A stretch of DNA of 61,655 bases, counting the filler, from Asterionella formosa (Eukaryota), in the NCBI GenBank assembly GCA_002256025.1. It is 15 parts of 15 records of this genome, joined end to end, with 100 filler letters (N's around TTAATTAATTAA, not from the genome) between each part and the next. Parts side by side here need not be neighbours in the genome. Positions count along the whole stretch, not along the records: positions 12,377 to 16,401 come from NKIB01013763.1; positions 16,502 to 20,525 come from NKIB01013764.1; positions 20,626 to 24,647 come from NKIB01013765.1; positions 24,748 to 28,768 come from NKIB01013766.1; 11 more parts are not named here. One strand, 5' to 3'. Shown here piece after piece: positions 12,791 through 24,748 of the stretch (position 1 is the first letter of the stretch; the number at the start of each line of letters is the position of its first letter). The notes beneath the pieces are model-generated. The model did not search any database and had not been told where the DNA came from. It saw nothing but the letters and a program-made list of their open reading frames with translations. The translations under genes were made by a program, and so were the position numbers.

Positions 12791-15359
12791 CTGTTTTGCG
12801 GTTTGGTTTCCGATCAGCGCTATGATCACGGTTCTAATACTATATCGCAAAACACAAGGCACTGAAGGGAAGCAAAGGGAACCAACCGAGCGCAATCAAC
12901 ATGGTGATGGTTGTAACAACAAGAGATTCATCGCACAAAATATTTAGCTATATTTTTAGAAATAATGGTTTGTACCAGGCCTACTAGAGCTACTATATGT
13001 TCTTCGATCATGCACCCAGCCATATGACTCTCAGTTTTTAGGTGGTACTCTGTACCCGCACGTGGTACAACCGCACATGCTACAACCTAAGAAGGATGGA
13101 AACATTGGACACTACCCAGGGAGCTCGAAGAAAAGGCGACGCAAGTTTACCTGTTCAGTATGCCAATGAAGGTGGTGCAGACTCCGCAGATGGTGGGAAC
13201 ACATCCAATTGGCAGAATTGTGGGATTATACCAGCCACAATAAAGTATTTGCACCACAATCCATCATTTTTCTGAAGAGTGGTTTGGACTGGTGTTGTTG
13301 ATTGTTGATCCTCATCCGGAGCTGTTGTTGGAACAGCACTTGATCAGGTTGGTTCTTGCTGACAGTTAGCAAGAATGGAGCAGAAAAGAAAAAAATCCCA
13401 CCTCCCACCCTTACTAGGCATTTAAACTGGATGCCTGGTCTGAGGTACTAACGAGTGTTGACTTACACTCCTTTAACGTTTGGTTTGGAAAAACATGTAC
13501 TCGAATTTTATTTCGTGAGGAAAGTGGTTGGGACTTTTGCCCCTTTTCCTACTGTTTCTGCATGCCTTGAATGTGCATGCGATACAAAAAGCAGGTGACA
13601 TGTGTTGTTCAAGAACCTATGTTGGGTCCAAGTAAACATTCATAGTTTAAGAGTTCAAGGACAAGGTGAAGGAAGATAGTGACCCTGTTGTGAAGGAATG
13701 TAATTGGTTGATCACTTGACTAATTAAAAATATAAAAAGAATAGTGAACCCTGCTGTGCTGGTCTCATTGCCAGAAAACCCCTTTGAATTTGTTCGTGTC
13801 TGTGTGCATCATACATAGTAACAATAATTTTTGTATTCCTGCTACATATTGTCATGACTTTCTGTATTAGGTATGCATGGGTGTGGTCCGCCCAGGATAG
13901 AAGTAATTCTCGTGTGCTACATTTTGTACTGACCATTTTAAAGGTTTTGGTTTGACCTAAAATTCAGGGTGTGAAGAAGAAGTTTTGTTGTTTGACCATG
14001 GAACGTCTGACACCCAAGAATTTGGCGCAAAATCGAGGCACATGTTCCCCAATCGGTTGTAGTAGTTGCTTGCTAGACCAATTTGGACCAAAATTGGTAG
14101 CATAAGAACTGTCATCACTCTCATCTACATCTTGAACATCATCAACATAAGAAATTTCATCCTCAAGTTTGGAGGGTCAAGTAGTGACATGATAAATTGA
14201 GATTTCTTGTACTCCAAAAACTCCATGCCTTTCTTTTTTTCTTGAAATTGTTTCCATTATTGATTGTGACTGGCAGCCATATAATGTTAAATTGCAAGAG
14301 ACACATAGTAGCTGTTTATTACTAAGCAATGTTGCAGGGCGAATATATGAGCAATACACATCTGGAACGCACAGTCGCGCACCTTTCTCCCATGATACTG
14401 AAAGCCCAGAATTCCAAATTTGTCAAATAATGTCATTTTTGACTTCCGCAAATTGCTTGCTAAGAACGACATCGCATAATTCAATGATCCTTTGAAGTGT
14501 CAGTCTCATCAACAGAACTGACAAGGGTTTGAACATACATGAGTTTGCCCTCGAAAAAATCCCATTCTCTGCGCATGTTATTCCATAAACAAGTTATTTG
14601 AAAATTTCATTAACCTGTTTATCAGTTGGTTTGTCGCTTTGACAGGACCTGAAAATTTGAGGGAAACAACTACATGTTTCACCACGACACGCACTTCAAA
14701 ACCTGAGCACATCCTCACTATTTCGACCATCCTATTCCTTTCAAGGATTCTATCAAGTGCATTCTTTTCAATGAATAGATTTTCAAAGAGTGCTGCAGAA
14801 CATTGTTGAGGCAATGTTGTGCCTAACAAAGAAATGATGTGACCCCGTCTCAGACTTTTTACAGTTATCCCCTCTCCTCTGATCAGTTGTCGAACATACC
14901 GCTGGTCACTTCTGCCCAAAGCAGGAATGGCGCCAATCTTTCAGTGGCTTATATCATGAAGGACAACCCTTTCTACTATCACTTTATCAGCTCCGGTTTT
15001 TGGATAATGATTCACATGGCTTGGCAAAATTATTATTCCTTATCAATTAGGATTAAAGTTGGTGAGAAATTGGCAATGATGAACTGTAAAGTGTTGCGAT
15101 CTCATGCAACATTAAAGTATCGTGTATAGGATCAAGTTATTCTTGTAGACTAAGTGTCATAGGATTTTCCGTATAAAATAGTGCAAAGGTCATATTTATG
15201 ATCAATTCATACTATACTTACGAATATACAATCATAATTATGATGGCTATATTACCATCATCATTATACAACCTGTAGAATTAGCGTCACATACATACAC
15301 ATACATGAAAGGGATTGTACAGCATGTACTATGCATCACCTGTACATTCAATACGGAAA

Positions 15360-16140
15360 TGATTACCAAACTGGATTTCATTGTTGTGATGACAATGGAA
15401 TCCCTGTGGTAGAATATCATGCTGACAATTTTGAGACCCCACCAGATCTTCTCGTTAGAAAGTCAGTAGTAGCGACTAGGCAAAAGTTAGCTATACTGAC
15501 GAGGAAGTCGCTATTGAAATACATGGAATTGAGAAAAGGAAACCCCTTTCTACAAAAATCTTCATTCTACGTTGATTATGGAGAATATCATGATGGCTAC
15601 TGGAGCTACAATCATAGCTATGGTGTGGCAATTCGAAGACAAAATTGATGTTCTGAAGGTTATGCATCCAACAACTTATGTAAGTTTGCTTACCGAATGT
15701 TTGATAACTCATTAGGGCAGCATTACAAGCAGCCAGCAACCTGATGGACTGAATTCCCTACAAATGAAAAGAAGCTTTGGTAGCGATAATTCCAATGTAC
15801 ACTCAACCATCATTGAACAGGGACCTGGATTTCTTGGAATCTGTGACTCACTACTACTGCAAGTTGGAAAAACACAATATTTTCTATTCCAGCCTGCCTG
15901 CTGATATTGTCCATTCTGTATAACTACTGGTGACTGACATTCATGCCCAAAAGGTGTCCAAAGTGGTGAAATAAAACACTATCTGGACCAAGAAAAAGGC
16001 AAGCTTCAGAAAATCTTCTTTGCAGCATGAAATTGATACTACAAAGCAATAATAAAAGTCAAGGAAGACTGAAAAAGCAGAAGGCAATGCGAAGGGATGG
16101 TACTAATGCAATTCTTGTGGGAAAGAGGGTTGATTGGTGA
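15360..16140 (+). pseudogene. Heavily decayed DDE-type transposase remnant (IS630/Tc1-mariner-like)
   Basis: Fragments in shifting frames (YGEYHDGYW, QFEDKIDVLKVMHP, PDGLNSLQMKRSFG, FLWERG) resemble motifs I recall from fungal/stramenopile DDE transposases. The family assignment is from memory only. Confidence 0.45.
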
Positions 16141-16501
16141 TTGCCAAACTTTCTTTGCTACATTTTAACTGGATGGAAAGATGCTGAGGAAATTGTCAAC
16201 AAGTTTTGAGACAGATCATGTCAATGTATACAAGCATCTTCATACAAACTAACAGGTGCTCAATTTTTTGTATTCATAATACTTTAGTCTTATCTGTCAA
16301 CTAATGTAGATAATAGTATGATGAACATAAGTGCCTGTCCAGCACCACATTGTTGGTTTCAGCAAAATGACAGCAACTTGCTTGTACCAGGTACAATATG
16401 TNNNNNNNNNNNNNNNNNNNNNNNNNNNNNNNNNNNNNNNNNNNNTTAATTAATTAANNNNNNNNNNNNNNNNNNNNNNNNNNNNNNNNNNNNNNNNNNN
16501 N

Positions 16502-16774
16502 CGCTAGAGATGTTGTACCCTTGGGTGCCCCACTTGGAGAGAGTGATGTTGTACCCTTAGGAACCTTAGAAGGCGCTAGAGATGTTGTACCCTTGGGTGC
16601 CCCACTTGGAGAGAGTGATGTTGTACCCTTAGGAACCTTAGAAGGCGCTAGAGATGTTGTACCCTTGGGGACCCCAATGGGCACGAGAGATGACGGAGCG
16701 ACAGCAAGGGTGTGAATAACGTTGGTGTTGACTGTTGCCAGCAGACACATGGATGAAATCGATAGGAACTTCAT
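16502..16774 (-). CDS. Secreted Pro/Ser/Thr/Lys-rich tandem-repeat protein, 5' part
   Basis: Signal-peptide-like start MKFLSISSMCLLATV, then alternating 12-aa units PKGTTSLAPSKV / PKGTTSLSPSGA (36-nt units, 72-nt higher-order repeat). The contig ends inside the repeat. Confidence 0.8.
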
Positions 16775-17899
16775 GATGTCGTCTGAATGATAGATATGAA
16801 ATGTAAGTTGCGTTTGACAGATAATGACTTGAAATATTTCCCAAAGAAGAAACACTCATGATGCATACCCAGTAGGCAGAGGCGGCCGGTGCTGGTTCCA
16901 ACGGATGAGATTGACATACCCCGGTATATATAATTAAGGAGTGGAAATCTTGTTACGACCTGCAGAGTATACGAAGTTAGAATAAAAGAAGGCGTTGAAC
17001 AAAAATTCATGTGATAGGCTTGTTTATTTATTCATGTGTCCACAATAACCGTGTCGCACGCTGAGGAATATTTAGTGAGTATTCTTGTAATCATTGTCCT
17101 TGCTCTTTCTACCGGTACCAAGGTACCAAGTACCAGTCGTAGTACCGGTATATTTCTTTCTCCCGCTGGATTCGTTGTTACCGGTGAGGATACCAGTAAA
17201 AAACTGCCATAACCCATTGAGTTAGTGTGTTTGTTTGACTTCTCCGACTAACGGTAAATTCTATCGAATTTCGGACCCATGATCTGTTCGAGATGAAATG
17301 TTATGCTATGTAAATGTACATACCGCTGTATATACCGGCATACCTTTGCGCGCTGTTCCTTTACTATGGTACCTGGTACCAGGTACCTTGTACCAGTAAT
17401 ACAGTTACGGTGACAGTAGTACTCCTTCCTACAACGAAACAAAAGCATGCATGATTGCGGGATGGCTTGAGGTGAGGAGACAGAAACATGCTACCTATGT
17501 ATGTATCGTGTTATATCATCATGTAAATGCTACCTATAGATGTGGAGATATTATGATTGGCTGAACCCCGATGTGGAGCGACTCAAGATGGTGGAGGGTC
17601 CATGTGGAGTAATTATTGTTGAAGAGAACCTTGTCGTTAACAAAGGTGAACTACTACTACATTATGACTATTCTAATGCTGTCTTTGGCATGGTGTTGTT
17701 ATGTTACATGCATGTACCAAATCTGGTGGCTATATGTGGTGCAAAGTCAGTACGGGGCTCATGCAGTACATTGTACTCAGGTATTAACACACCCTTACCA
17801 CCAAAGACAGATGATGGGAAAGGATCAATAGATGACAAGGAACCACACAGAGGAGCACAGGAGGAAGCGGTGGGAAAGGTAGCATCGTCGGTAGCCAAC

Positions 17900-19497
17900 A
17901 ATTTTTTTGCATAGCAATGTGATGGGAACCCGGATGATGTTTAGTGAAATAATTCTGCACAATTGAGCATGCCCTTTTTCCGAAAAACCCGAAATTGTCC
18001 TTGGTGGACAAGACCGTGCACCCAATAGAAACACATACTATCCATCGCTTTGGAGCATTTTTGGCAAACAGAATCATTAGCAATACCAATAGCCATGCTA
18101 TTATCTGTGACAACTGGTGTAGCGGATTGTGGGTGATCAAGTTCAGCAAGAATAGTGAGGATAGCATTAGCCTCCTTACCATTATGAAATAACTGGACAA
18201 GACTTCCTTAAGGATTTGACAATGAACATAGATGGCACCATTCAGAGGGGGGACAGTGGGGGAATTAGCCAACACAGGAGGGGGGGAAATGGGTGTACAG
18301 CTTAAAAAATGCAACCGGCAGCATGGGATCGGCCGCAAGATTCTGACAAATAAGACGGGGCATTGCTTTCAACATGGAGGATCATTTCACTGGTGGTGTA
18401 GCGTATGGCCATGGCCTCCCAATGTGTGGCGCAAAAATTTAATATTGAGTACTAAGGGTATCCATGGTGGCGATGGTAGGTGTAGACTGTTGTGTAGCAA
18501 GAGTGCATATAGCTGGCAACATGCTGGTGCTGTCCACAGCACAGGCGTATTATAGGAGTGTACCAAGAACTTCTTGAACACGCTTTTTGTCCGTCAAATT
18601 GATGACAGGCTGAGTGCTATCATGAACAACAAATCGGTGGCGGGCCCCATGTGTGGGGGTGTCCATGCATGGGGTCAATGTTGGGGGCGGACAGGGATAG
18701 GGTGGGCAAAGTGTTGTACAGTCAGTGGTGAGGCGGTATTTTGTCTGCAAGGTAGCAATGAGGCGGTCAACATCGGCCGGTCTTCTTGGTATAACGCACC
18801 CCAAAATCATCAACAACAAGGTTAAACATAAGATCGCTGTTGTGATCAGTCCATAATCTGGGTTGAAATAGGACATGGAGAATACCCATGGGAAGCCAAA
18901 AAATGCCCTAGTTGTTCATGGGCAAGCTTGCCTGCCTGGGGTAATTTGTACATACCATGGCGGATTTCTGCATAGACATCATGGCCATCACTGATTTTAG
19001 TTGCTAATCCATACAACTCCTGAATGTGGGATGGAATCATCCATACAGGAATGCGAACATATTCATAGGTGTTGCTGGGTAAGTGACTCTTGAGGTAAAA
19101 ATCGGACAGATCCAGCCAATGTCATGAAGCATCAATTGGGAGTGCTGATAGTGCTATTGAAAAAACATTTGGTTGTAGTGTGGTCTGTGGCGGTCTTTGC
19201 GGGCTATTGCCGCCAGCTGTCCATCGTAGTATGCAATGGGAAACCGCCTTTTTGGAGCGGTCGGCACAAACAATAAATGGATGTAGGTGGCGCGCTTGTT
19301 GGCAGGGATTTCATGTTTGGAAATAGAGAAGCAGCAGTTGGTGCCTGTGGGCATAGCGGAATCAGCGCCGAGGCCTTGGAATAAGTGGCCCATTTCAAGG
19401 CCATGGAGGTTGCCCAGGAAGCTGCAGTACTGCACCGTGATAATTCCCGGTAACCAGCAGTCTTGCTGGTCTCAGGGTTAATAGCTGTGCCATGAAT
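17900..19497 (-). mobile_element. Decayed Ty1/copia (second CoDi-like family) RT-RNase H remnant
   Basis: Fragments AINPETSKTAGYREL, EIPANKRATY, YAEIRHGMYKLPQAGKLAHEQL and NYFTKHHPGSHH, with many frameshifts. Confidence 0.8.
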
Positions 19498-20013
19498 CCT
19501 AACCCGAACCCGAACCCGAACCGAACCTGGAACCACAGACATTTCAGTTACACAGTGGCAAGTGTGCATTGTTGAATGGTGCAGGTACCAATTGGTACCA
19601 GGTCACCTGGTAAGAGTACCCTTGTCTATTGTGTGCCTGTACATTTGTAACTTATGATCATGCACTGTTGTATTTTTTGGTTTTTGGGGAGTGCACATAT
19701 TGTGTGCACATTGTTGTAGTCTACATGAGCATTATACTGTATATGCGGAATATATATCAGTATCAAATCTTCTCTTTTTTTTCTAAGTACAACACCATAT
19801 GAGTACCTGGTATTACATGTTCTGTCGCTATGCATATTGCAAGCACTCAGATAGTATATCTCTTCTTTAGCCTTAGTCATATCATGTGCTTCATGCACAT
19901 GCCCAGCCCTGGAAGGGCTGGGTGCTATATAGGGATGACGCCTAGAAGGCAGAATCCCCTAACTCTAACAGTTCTATGTAGGGATGACACCTAGAAGGCG
20001 GAATCCCATGACC

Positions 20014-20525
20014 CTAACCCTCACAAAAACCCTTAGATTGTGTCATTTTGTGAAGTGCACTGTGACCTTCTTTTCCGACACAAACATTGGATGTGTCATG
20101 TTGCATAGCAGATGCAATTGCGACTTTTCCACCAGCATTGACAATCGTCACCCTGTTGTTTTCATTATTCTCAGCCAAGCACCAAAGTGCTGCACACCAT
20201 AGTATTGAATGGTAGCATTGGAGAAATGAGTCTTCATTGCAGACAGAATCAGAGCAATACCTTTTGCGTAAACGATCTTCTCCTTGTTAATTTCATTCTC
20301 AGCCAACTTCTGAAGTGCTCCACAACCATGTTCTTGGACATTAGCATTATATAGATGAGTCCTTATTGCAGACACAATCCTATCAATACCACCTTCATCA
20401 GCAATCACCACCTTGTTGCTGTCATTCCCAGCCAACTTCTGAAGTGCTCCACAACAATATCCTTGGATATTAGTATTGTTTGGATGAGTCCTCATTGCAG
20501 ACACAATACTAGCAATACCTCCTTC
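20014..20525 (-). pseudogene. Armadillo-repeat protein, 3' part, with a 1-nt frameshift at ~20197
   Basis: 42-aa repeats (GIxxIVSAMRTHxxNxNVQxxGCGALxKLA). After NATIQYYG the pattern continues in another frame (CAALWCLAENNENNRVTIVNAGGKVAIASAMQH) to a TAG at 20014-20016. Confidence 0.8.
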
Positions 20526-20883
20526 NNNNNNNNNNNNNNNNNNNNNNNNNNNNNNNNNNNNNNNNNNNNTTAATTAATTAANNNNNNNNNNNNNNNNNNN
20601 NNNNNNNNNNNNNNNNNNNNNNNNNCACAACATAATGGTATTCTTTTTGTTCATTTTTATTTTTATAAATTACTGTTCTCTGTAAAGTATCATCACATAC
20701 ATGAAAAATAGCTATTCTTGCACACCATATGCTGGTCCAAGTAGGTATATTCATGCAGCAACATGAGAATTGCGGATGACATTTATAATTGCGAAATCCT
20801 TGGCCTCAGAGGTACTACCAATGGAAGAAGCTGTGAGCAAAATGTCTGCTGTATGGCGATGGTGAGGTCAAATGACTGTGTTT

Positions 20884-21058
20884 GATTTAGATTCAAAGCA
20901 AGGTAACCTTCAAATAGCTTCAGTATATAACTTCTGGTGAGAAACTGCAGAAAGGAACTTCGAATTTTTTACTATGCCAAATAAAGTGATTTCCCCCGAA
21001 ATTTCCAGTCTTAATAGCATAGTAGTAAAAAACAGAATTTGTTCCTTTCTGCAGTTTT
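20884..21058. repeat. Dispersed repeat with an internal inverted repeat; second copy inverted at ~61104-61257
   Basis: Shared CAAATAGC.TCAGTATATAACTTCTGG. Inverted arms AAACTGCAGAAAGGAAC ... GTTCCTTTCTGCAGTTT occur in both copies (one mismatch in the second). Confidence 0.8.
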
Positions 21059-21239
21059 GCGCCTCATCCTACATCGTGACGATATATAGTAGCGTCGACC
21101 TAAACCCCTACTTTGATTGATGGCTGTATGTAAGGATATAAAAAGGGTGTCTATTGGAAAAAAATTGCAGAACAGTGCAACAAAGAAAAACAAAAGCTCG
21201 CTCGGATGTTCATATATTCACTCAAGCAGAGCTCGCTCG

Positions 21240-21810
21240 GATGTTCATATATTCGCTCAAGCAGAAAAGTTGATGACACCATATGTTTACTGTCTTGTCT
21301 TCATCTGAATAGTTGTTATTAAAAATCTGGTATTTTTTGATAGCAGGTGGGAATGTATAGAAAAGTTGATGACACCATATGTTTACTGTCTTGTCTCGGT
21401 CGCAGGCCACAGTGGTGTTGTTCTGAAGGATTTCACCACTTTCAGTTCGAATCAGTGGACTGTCTTCTTTTACTTCTTTGTGTTTTTGCTTTCCCAGAAA
21501 AGCCAGGATCGCAAAGTAAATGACAGCGACGGCCCACCAAGCAAGTGATTTCTGCATTTTGCTTGATTCTTCATCTCTTCTGGATATCAGAGGAAAAAAT
21601 TCAAAATTGAAAACCTCACCATAACATCTCCAAGCATTTATATCCAACACACAAAGAACCATGATATGAATGGCAAGTATAGGGAACAGGAATAATTTGG
21701 ACCAATTGCAAACTCATTGTGAGAAAATGTCGTCAGTTGTTTGATGATAACATAAATTTGCAAACTCATTGTGAGAAAATGTCGTCAGTTGCTTGATGAT
21801 ACTAACATGC
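21240..21810 (-). pseudogene. Decayed paralog of the membrane protein at 23132-24244
   Basis: HQTTDDIFSQ*VCNWSKLFLFPILAIHIMVLCVLDINAWRCYGEVFNFEFFP aligns with HQTTDSLQWACNFSKFLLIPILVIQFIFPIVVAISTWRDYGSSFDGRLFP. It has an in-frame TGA and several small duplications. Confidence 0.75.
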
Positions 21811-21991
21811 ATAATAGCTAAGGTCGTATGGCTGAACTGGATACAAGGAAATTTAGGCACAAATACATTTTCGATAGACTCATAACTACATTCCTTGATG
21901 ATGACAATGATGACAGTAATAATCTTGCTTTTTCACAAGATCGAACAAATGGGGATAGACAGTTGCTACCCAAAGACGTATGATGCTCTGT

Positions 21992-22120
21992 CGTCTGCAA
22001 ATAAAAAGTATCATGTATATAGGATCGAGGGTATCATATGCTAAGTGGCACAGGATTTTCGTATATATGATAATTTTTGGATTAAAACTATGATCAAGGT
22101 ATCTTGTAACTATGATGATT
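21992..22120. repeat. Terminal fragment of the intron-dense repeat family
   Basis: Starts CGTCTGCAAATAAAAAGTATC and is near-identical to 37874-38002. Related segments lie at ~15112-15250, ~48470-48570 and (inverted) ~51845-51907. Confidence 0.85.
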
Positions 22121-23131
22121 TGCTGTTGCCATCCAGCCAATTCACCACTGAATGCAGCTGCATCCTCAGTGTCACTGGCATCATGAGGCAATGGAGATCG
22201 CATGATGGAGGGGAGTCTGGTAAAGGAGGAGTAGTAGCTAACCTGTGTGTGTTGAGGGGGAGAAACGCTTGCAACGGATGCCAGGGACAGCTACATTAAT
22301 AAGGAACTGAGATTCTAAAGCAGTATTTAAGTTGCTGTAGATGGAAAAGCACCGACGGAAATTGAGCACTTACAGGAAGCTTGGTTGGATATACGGTGTA
22401 ACCGGTATATGGTACCAACAATGTACTCTACACAATATCAGATGCGGTAAAACAACATAAACTTCGGGTATACTCCAATATATATGTATACTGAATCTAT
22501 TTTTTATGTTGGGTTACATTGTTTGAATATATATATTGTACCCGGTCTGCATGTTCGAACAAATATTCGCAATATTCGGACTTTCTCTGAACTCCCGGGT
22601 ACATTGTTTGATTGTATAATATTCCCGGAACTCCAAACTCCCACCAGGTTTGGTAACAATGGGCACATACGGTATAGTAACAGGTACAACACACGAAGAA
22701 TACCAAGAGAGAGTTTTCTAAGTCCCAGAGGCGTGGTGGCAAAGAAATGGAAGCAAATTTTGTCAGAAGGATTCAAGCATCGCAGGATTATTGGACTTGT
22801 CCAACATGTGGTGGAAAAAAGGAAGACTATACGTGTGACTCTGAATAAGCTACTGCATCGCAAATGAACACGTCAAAAATTTATCAAAGCACCAAGCTAT
22901 TTCATGCTGGTGGTGGTTTGTGGATTGAGAATGAATTCATTTTCATTACATTTGATTTGATTTTCTACAACAGGTACTGCGGGTTGGTGTGGGATCCTTT
23001 CGAAAACAGCAGTGAAACTTCTGAATGTTAAATTATATATATATTTATATTTTTTATATTTATGGTAGACGTACAGAGAAATTCACATGCTCACACAACA
23101 AGTCATGTTCAAATCACTGATGGCTTGAATA

Positions 23132-24244
23132 CTATGGAAAGGTAAAATATTCCGAAACCTGCAACAACGCAACAGACAAGATTAATGGAGAAGAAAACGA
23201 GTTCCAAAAAGTGGAAATATGGAAGGAATCTTTTTTTACCTGCCTTTTGGGTACTCCACTTGGATTTTCCTCGTTATTCAAAGCCATATAGTAGTAGTCG
23301 ACTTTTGGTGGGAATATATTGATGAACATTGCTTTGAACAAGTAGTCTAGATCCAAGATGAATTGCAATGCTGTCGCACTAAAAACAATGTTATAAGTGT
23401 CCGGCTGGAGGAAAACATACCAAAGATTGACCAGGTATGTCAAAGGCTCATATACAAAGTGCATGAATCGGTCACAGATTTTTGTATACATAATGATTCC
23501 ACCAGTTTGAGTAATGTTTCCACCGATAAGGTTAAGTCCAGATTGATGAACTTTCTGAATTAACCGGAAAACCAGGCTCAAGAAGTAAATGCAAGCGATG
23601 GCGCCAGCGAGTGATCCATTGTCTATACAGCTAGCTTCTTCCGCAGCTCCTTGTTTCTTTGGAAAAAGTCTTCCATCAAAACTTGAGCCATAATCTCTCC
23701 AAGTACTGATAGCCACCACAATCGGAAAAATGAACTGAATGACGAGAATAGGAATCAGGAGGAATTTGGAGAAATTACAAGCCCATTGTAGTGAGTCGGT
23801 TGTTTGATGAAACCTGATTAAGGTCATGAGTCTGACATCCTGACTGGTTTTTATGTAAGCCTCCCATTCATTGATGCTCGCTTTACTCCTTTCCTCAAGT
23901 TCAGCCGTATATTGAGCAGTGAGAGGAATTTTGGCATAAGCAATTGCTGCCCCATTCGAAATTGTCATCCCCCATGATTTCGCTGCAACGTCAAATTGAT
24001 AGAAATCCCCACCTCCGTCTCTGATGTTTCGTACTATGGCTGTAGCAACAACTACTTCGAGTTCGGCACGTGTGGGTGTCGCCCAATTTGTTAGTATATG
24101 GAAGCCAGGTACACTGTATAGTTCTGTCTTCAACGTTTCAAAACCACGATCAGTCAAAGCCCTGAGCATTTCACTCCAGATTATATTGAATTCAACGATG
24201 GCTGCATTTCTATTTAGAACATCTCTCGTAGCTAAATACGGCAA
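23132..24244 (-). CDS. Hypothetical multi-pass membrane protein (both ends uncertain)
   Basis: 370-codon ORF with several hydrophobic segments in its C-terminal half. A tandem paralog remnant supports coding status. The ORF begins at TTG, so the true start is unresolved. Confidence 0.65.
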   Translation of the reverse strand: MPYLATRDVLNRNAAIVEFNIIWSEMLRALTDRGFETLKTELYSVPGFHILTNWATPTRAELEVVVATAIVRNIRDGGGDFYQFDVAAKSWGMTISNGAAIAYAKIPLTAQYTAELEERSKASINEWEAYIKTSQDVRLMTLIRFHQTTDSLQWACNFSKFLLIPILVIQFIFPIVVAISTWRDYGSSFDGRLFPKKQGAAEEASCIDNGSLAGAIACIYFLSLVFRLIQKVHQSGLNLIGGNITQTGGIIMYTKICDRFMHFVYEPLTYLVNLWYVFLQPDTYNIVFSATALQFILDLDYLFKAMFINIFPPKVDYYYMALNNEENPSGVPKRQVKKDSFHISTFWNSFSSPLILSVALLQVSEYFTFP

Positions 24245-24748
24245 TCACGAGAGGGAGAGGAAGGACCACGGGGGCGATCGTAGTCATTATTGTTAGTAGT
24301 AAAGAGTAAGGAAAGCCTGTGTGCAAGGATATTGGCAATGCTATTCTATTGGTCTAAACTGTTAAATAAGTTTAGAAATTATAATGCAATTATGCTGTTC
24401 CTGAATATCAATTATATTTGGTCAAGGATAATTGAATAAAAATTTGAAATTGAAATGTGGACGAAAATAAAGAATCACGTGACAACGGAAAAATATGCTG
24501 TCTAGATTCCTTGTCAAAATCGCTAAATATATATATAAACACTCTAAGTCACTGGATGTATATATACGCTAAAAATACGATCAACATGTATGCATGGACA
24601 CTCTATACTCCGATTAACGATTTAATATCCTATGCATTGAATCCGTTNNNNNNNNNNNNNNNNNNNNNNNNNNNNNNNNNNNNNNNNNNNNTTAATTAAT
24701 TAANNNNNNNNNNNNNNNNNNNNNNNNNNNNNNNNNNNNNNNNNNNNG

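Noticed and set aside
13700..15100. Possible decayed MULE/SWIM transposase on the minus strand
   Set aside because: Only faint motif resemblance in broken frames; not supportable by eye.
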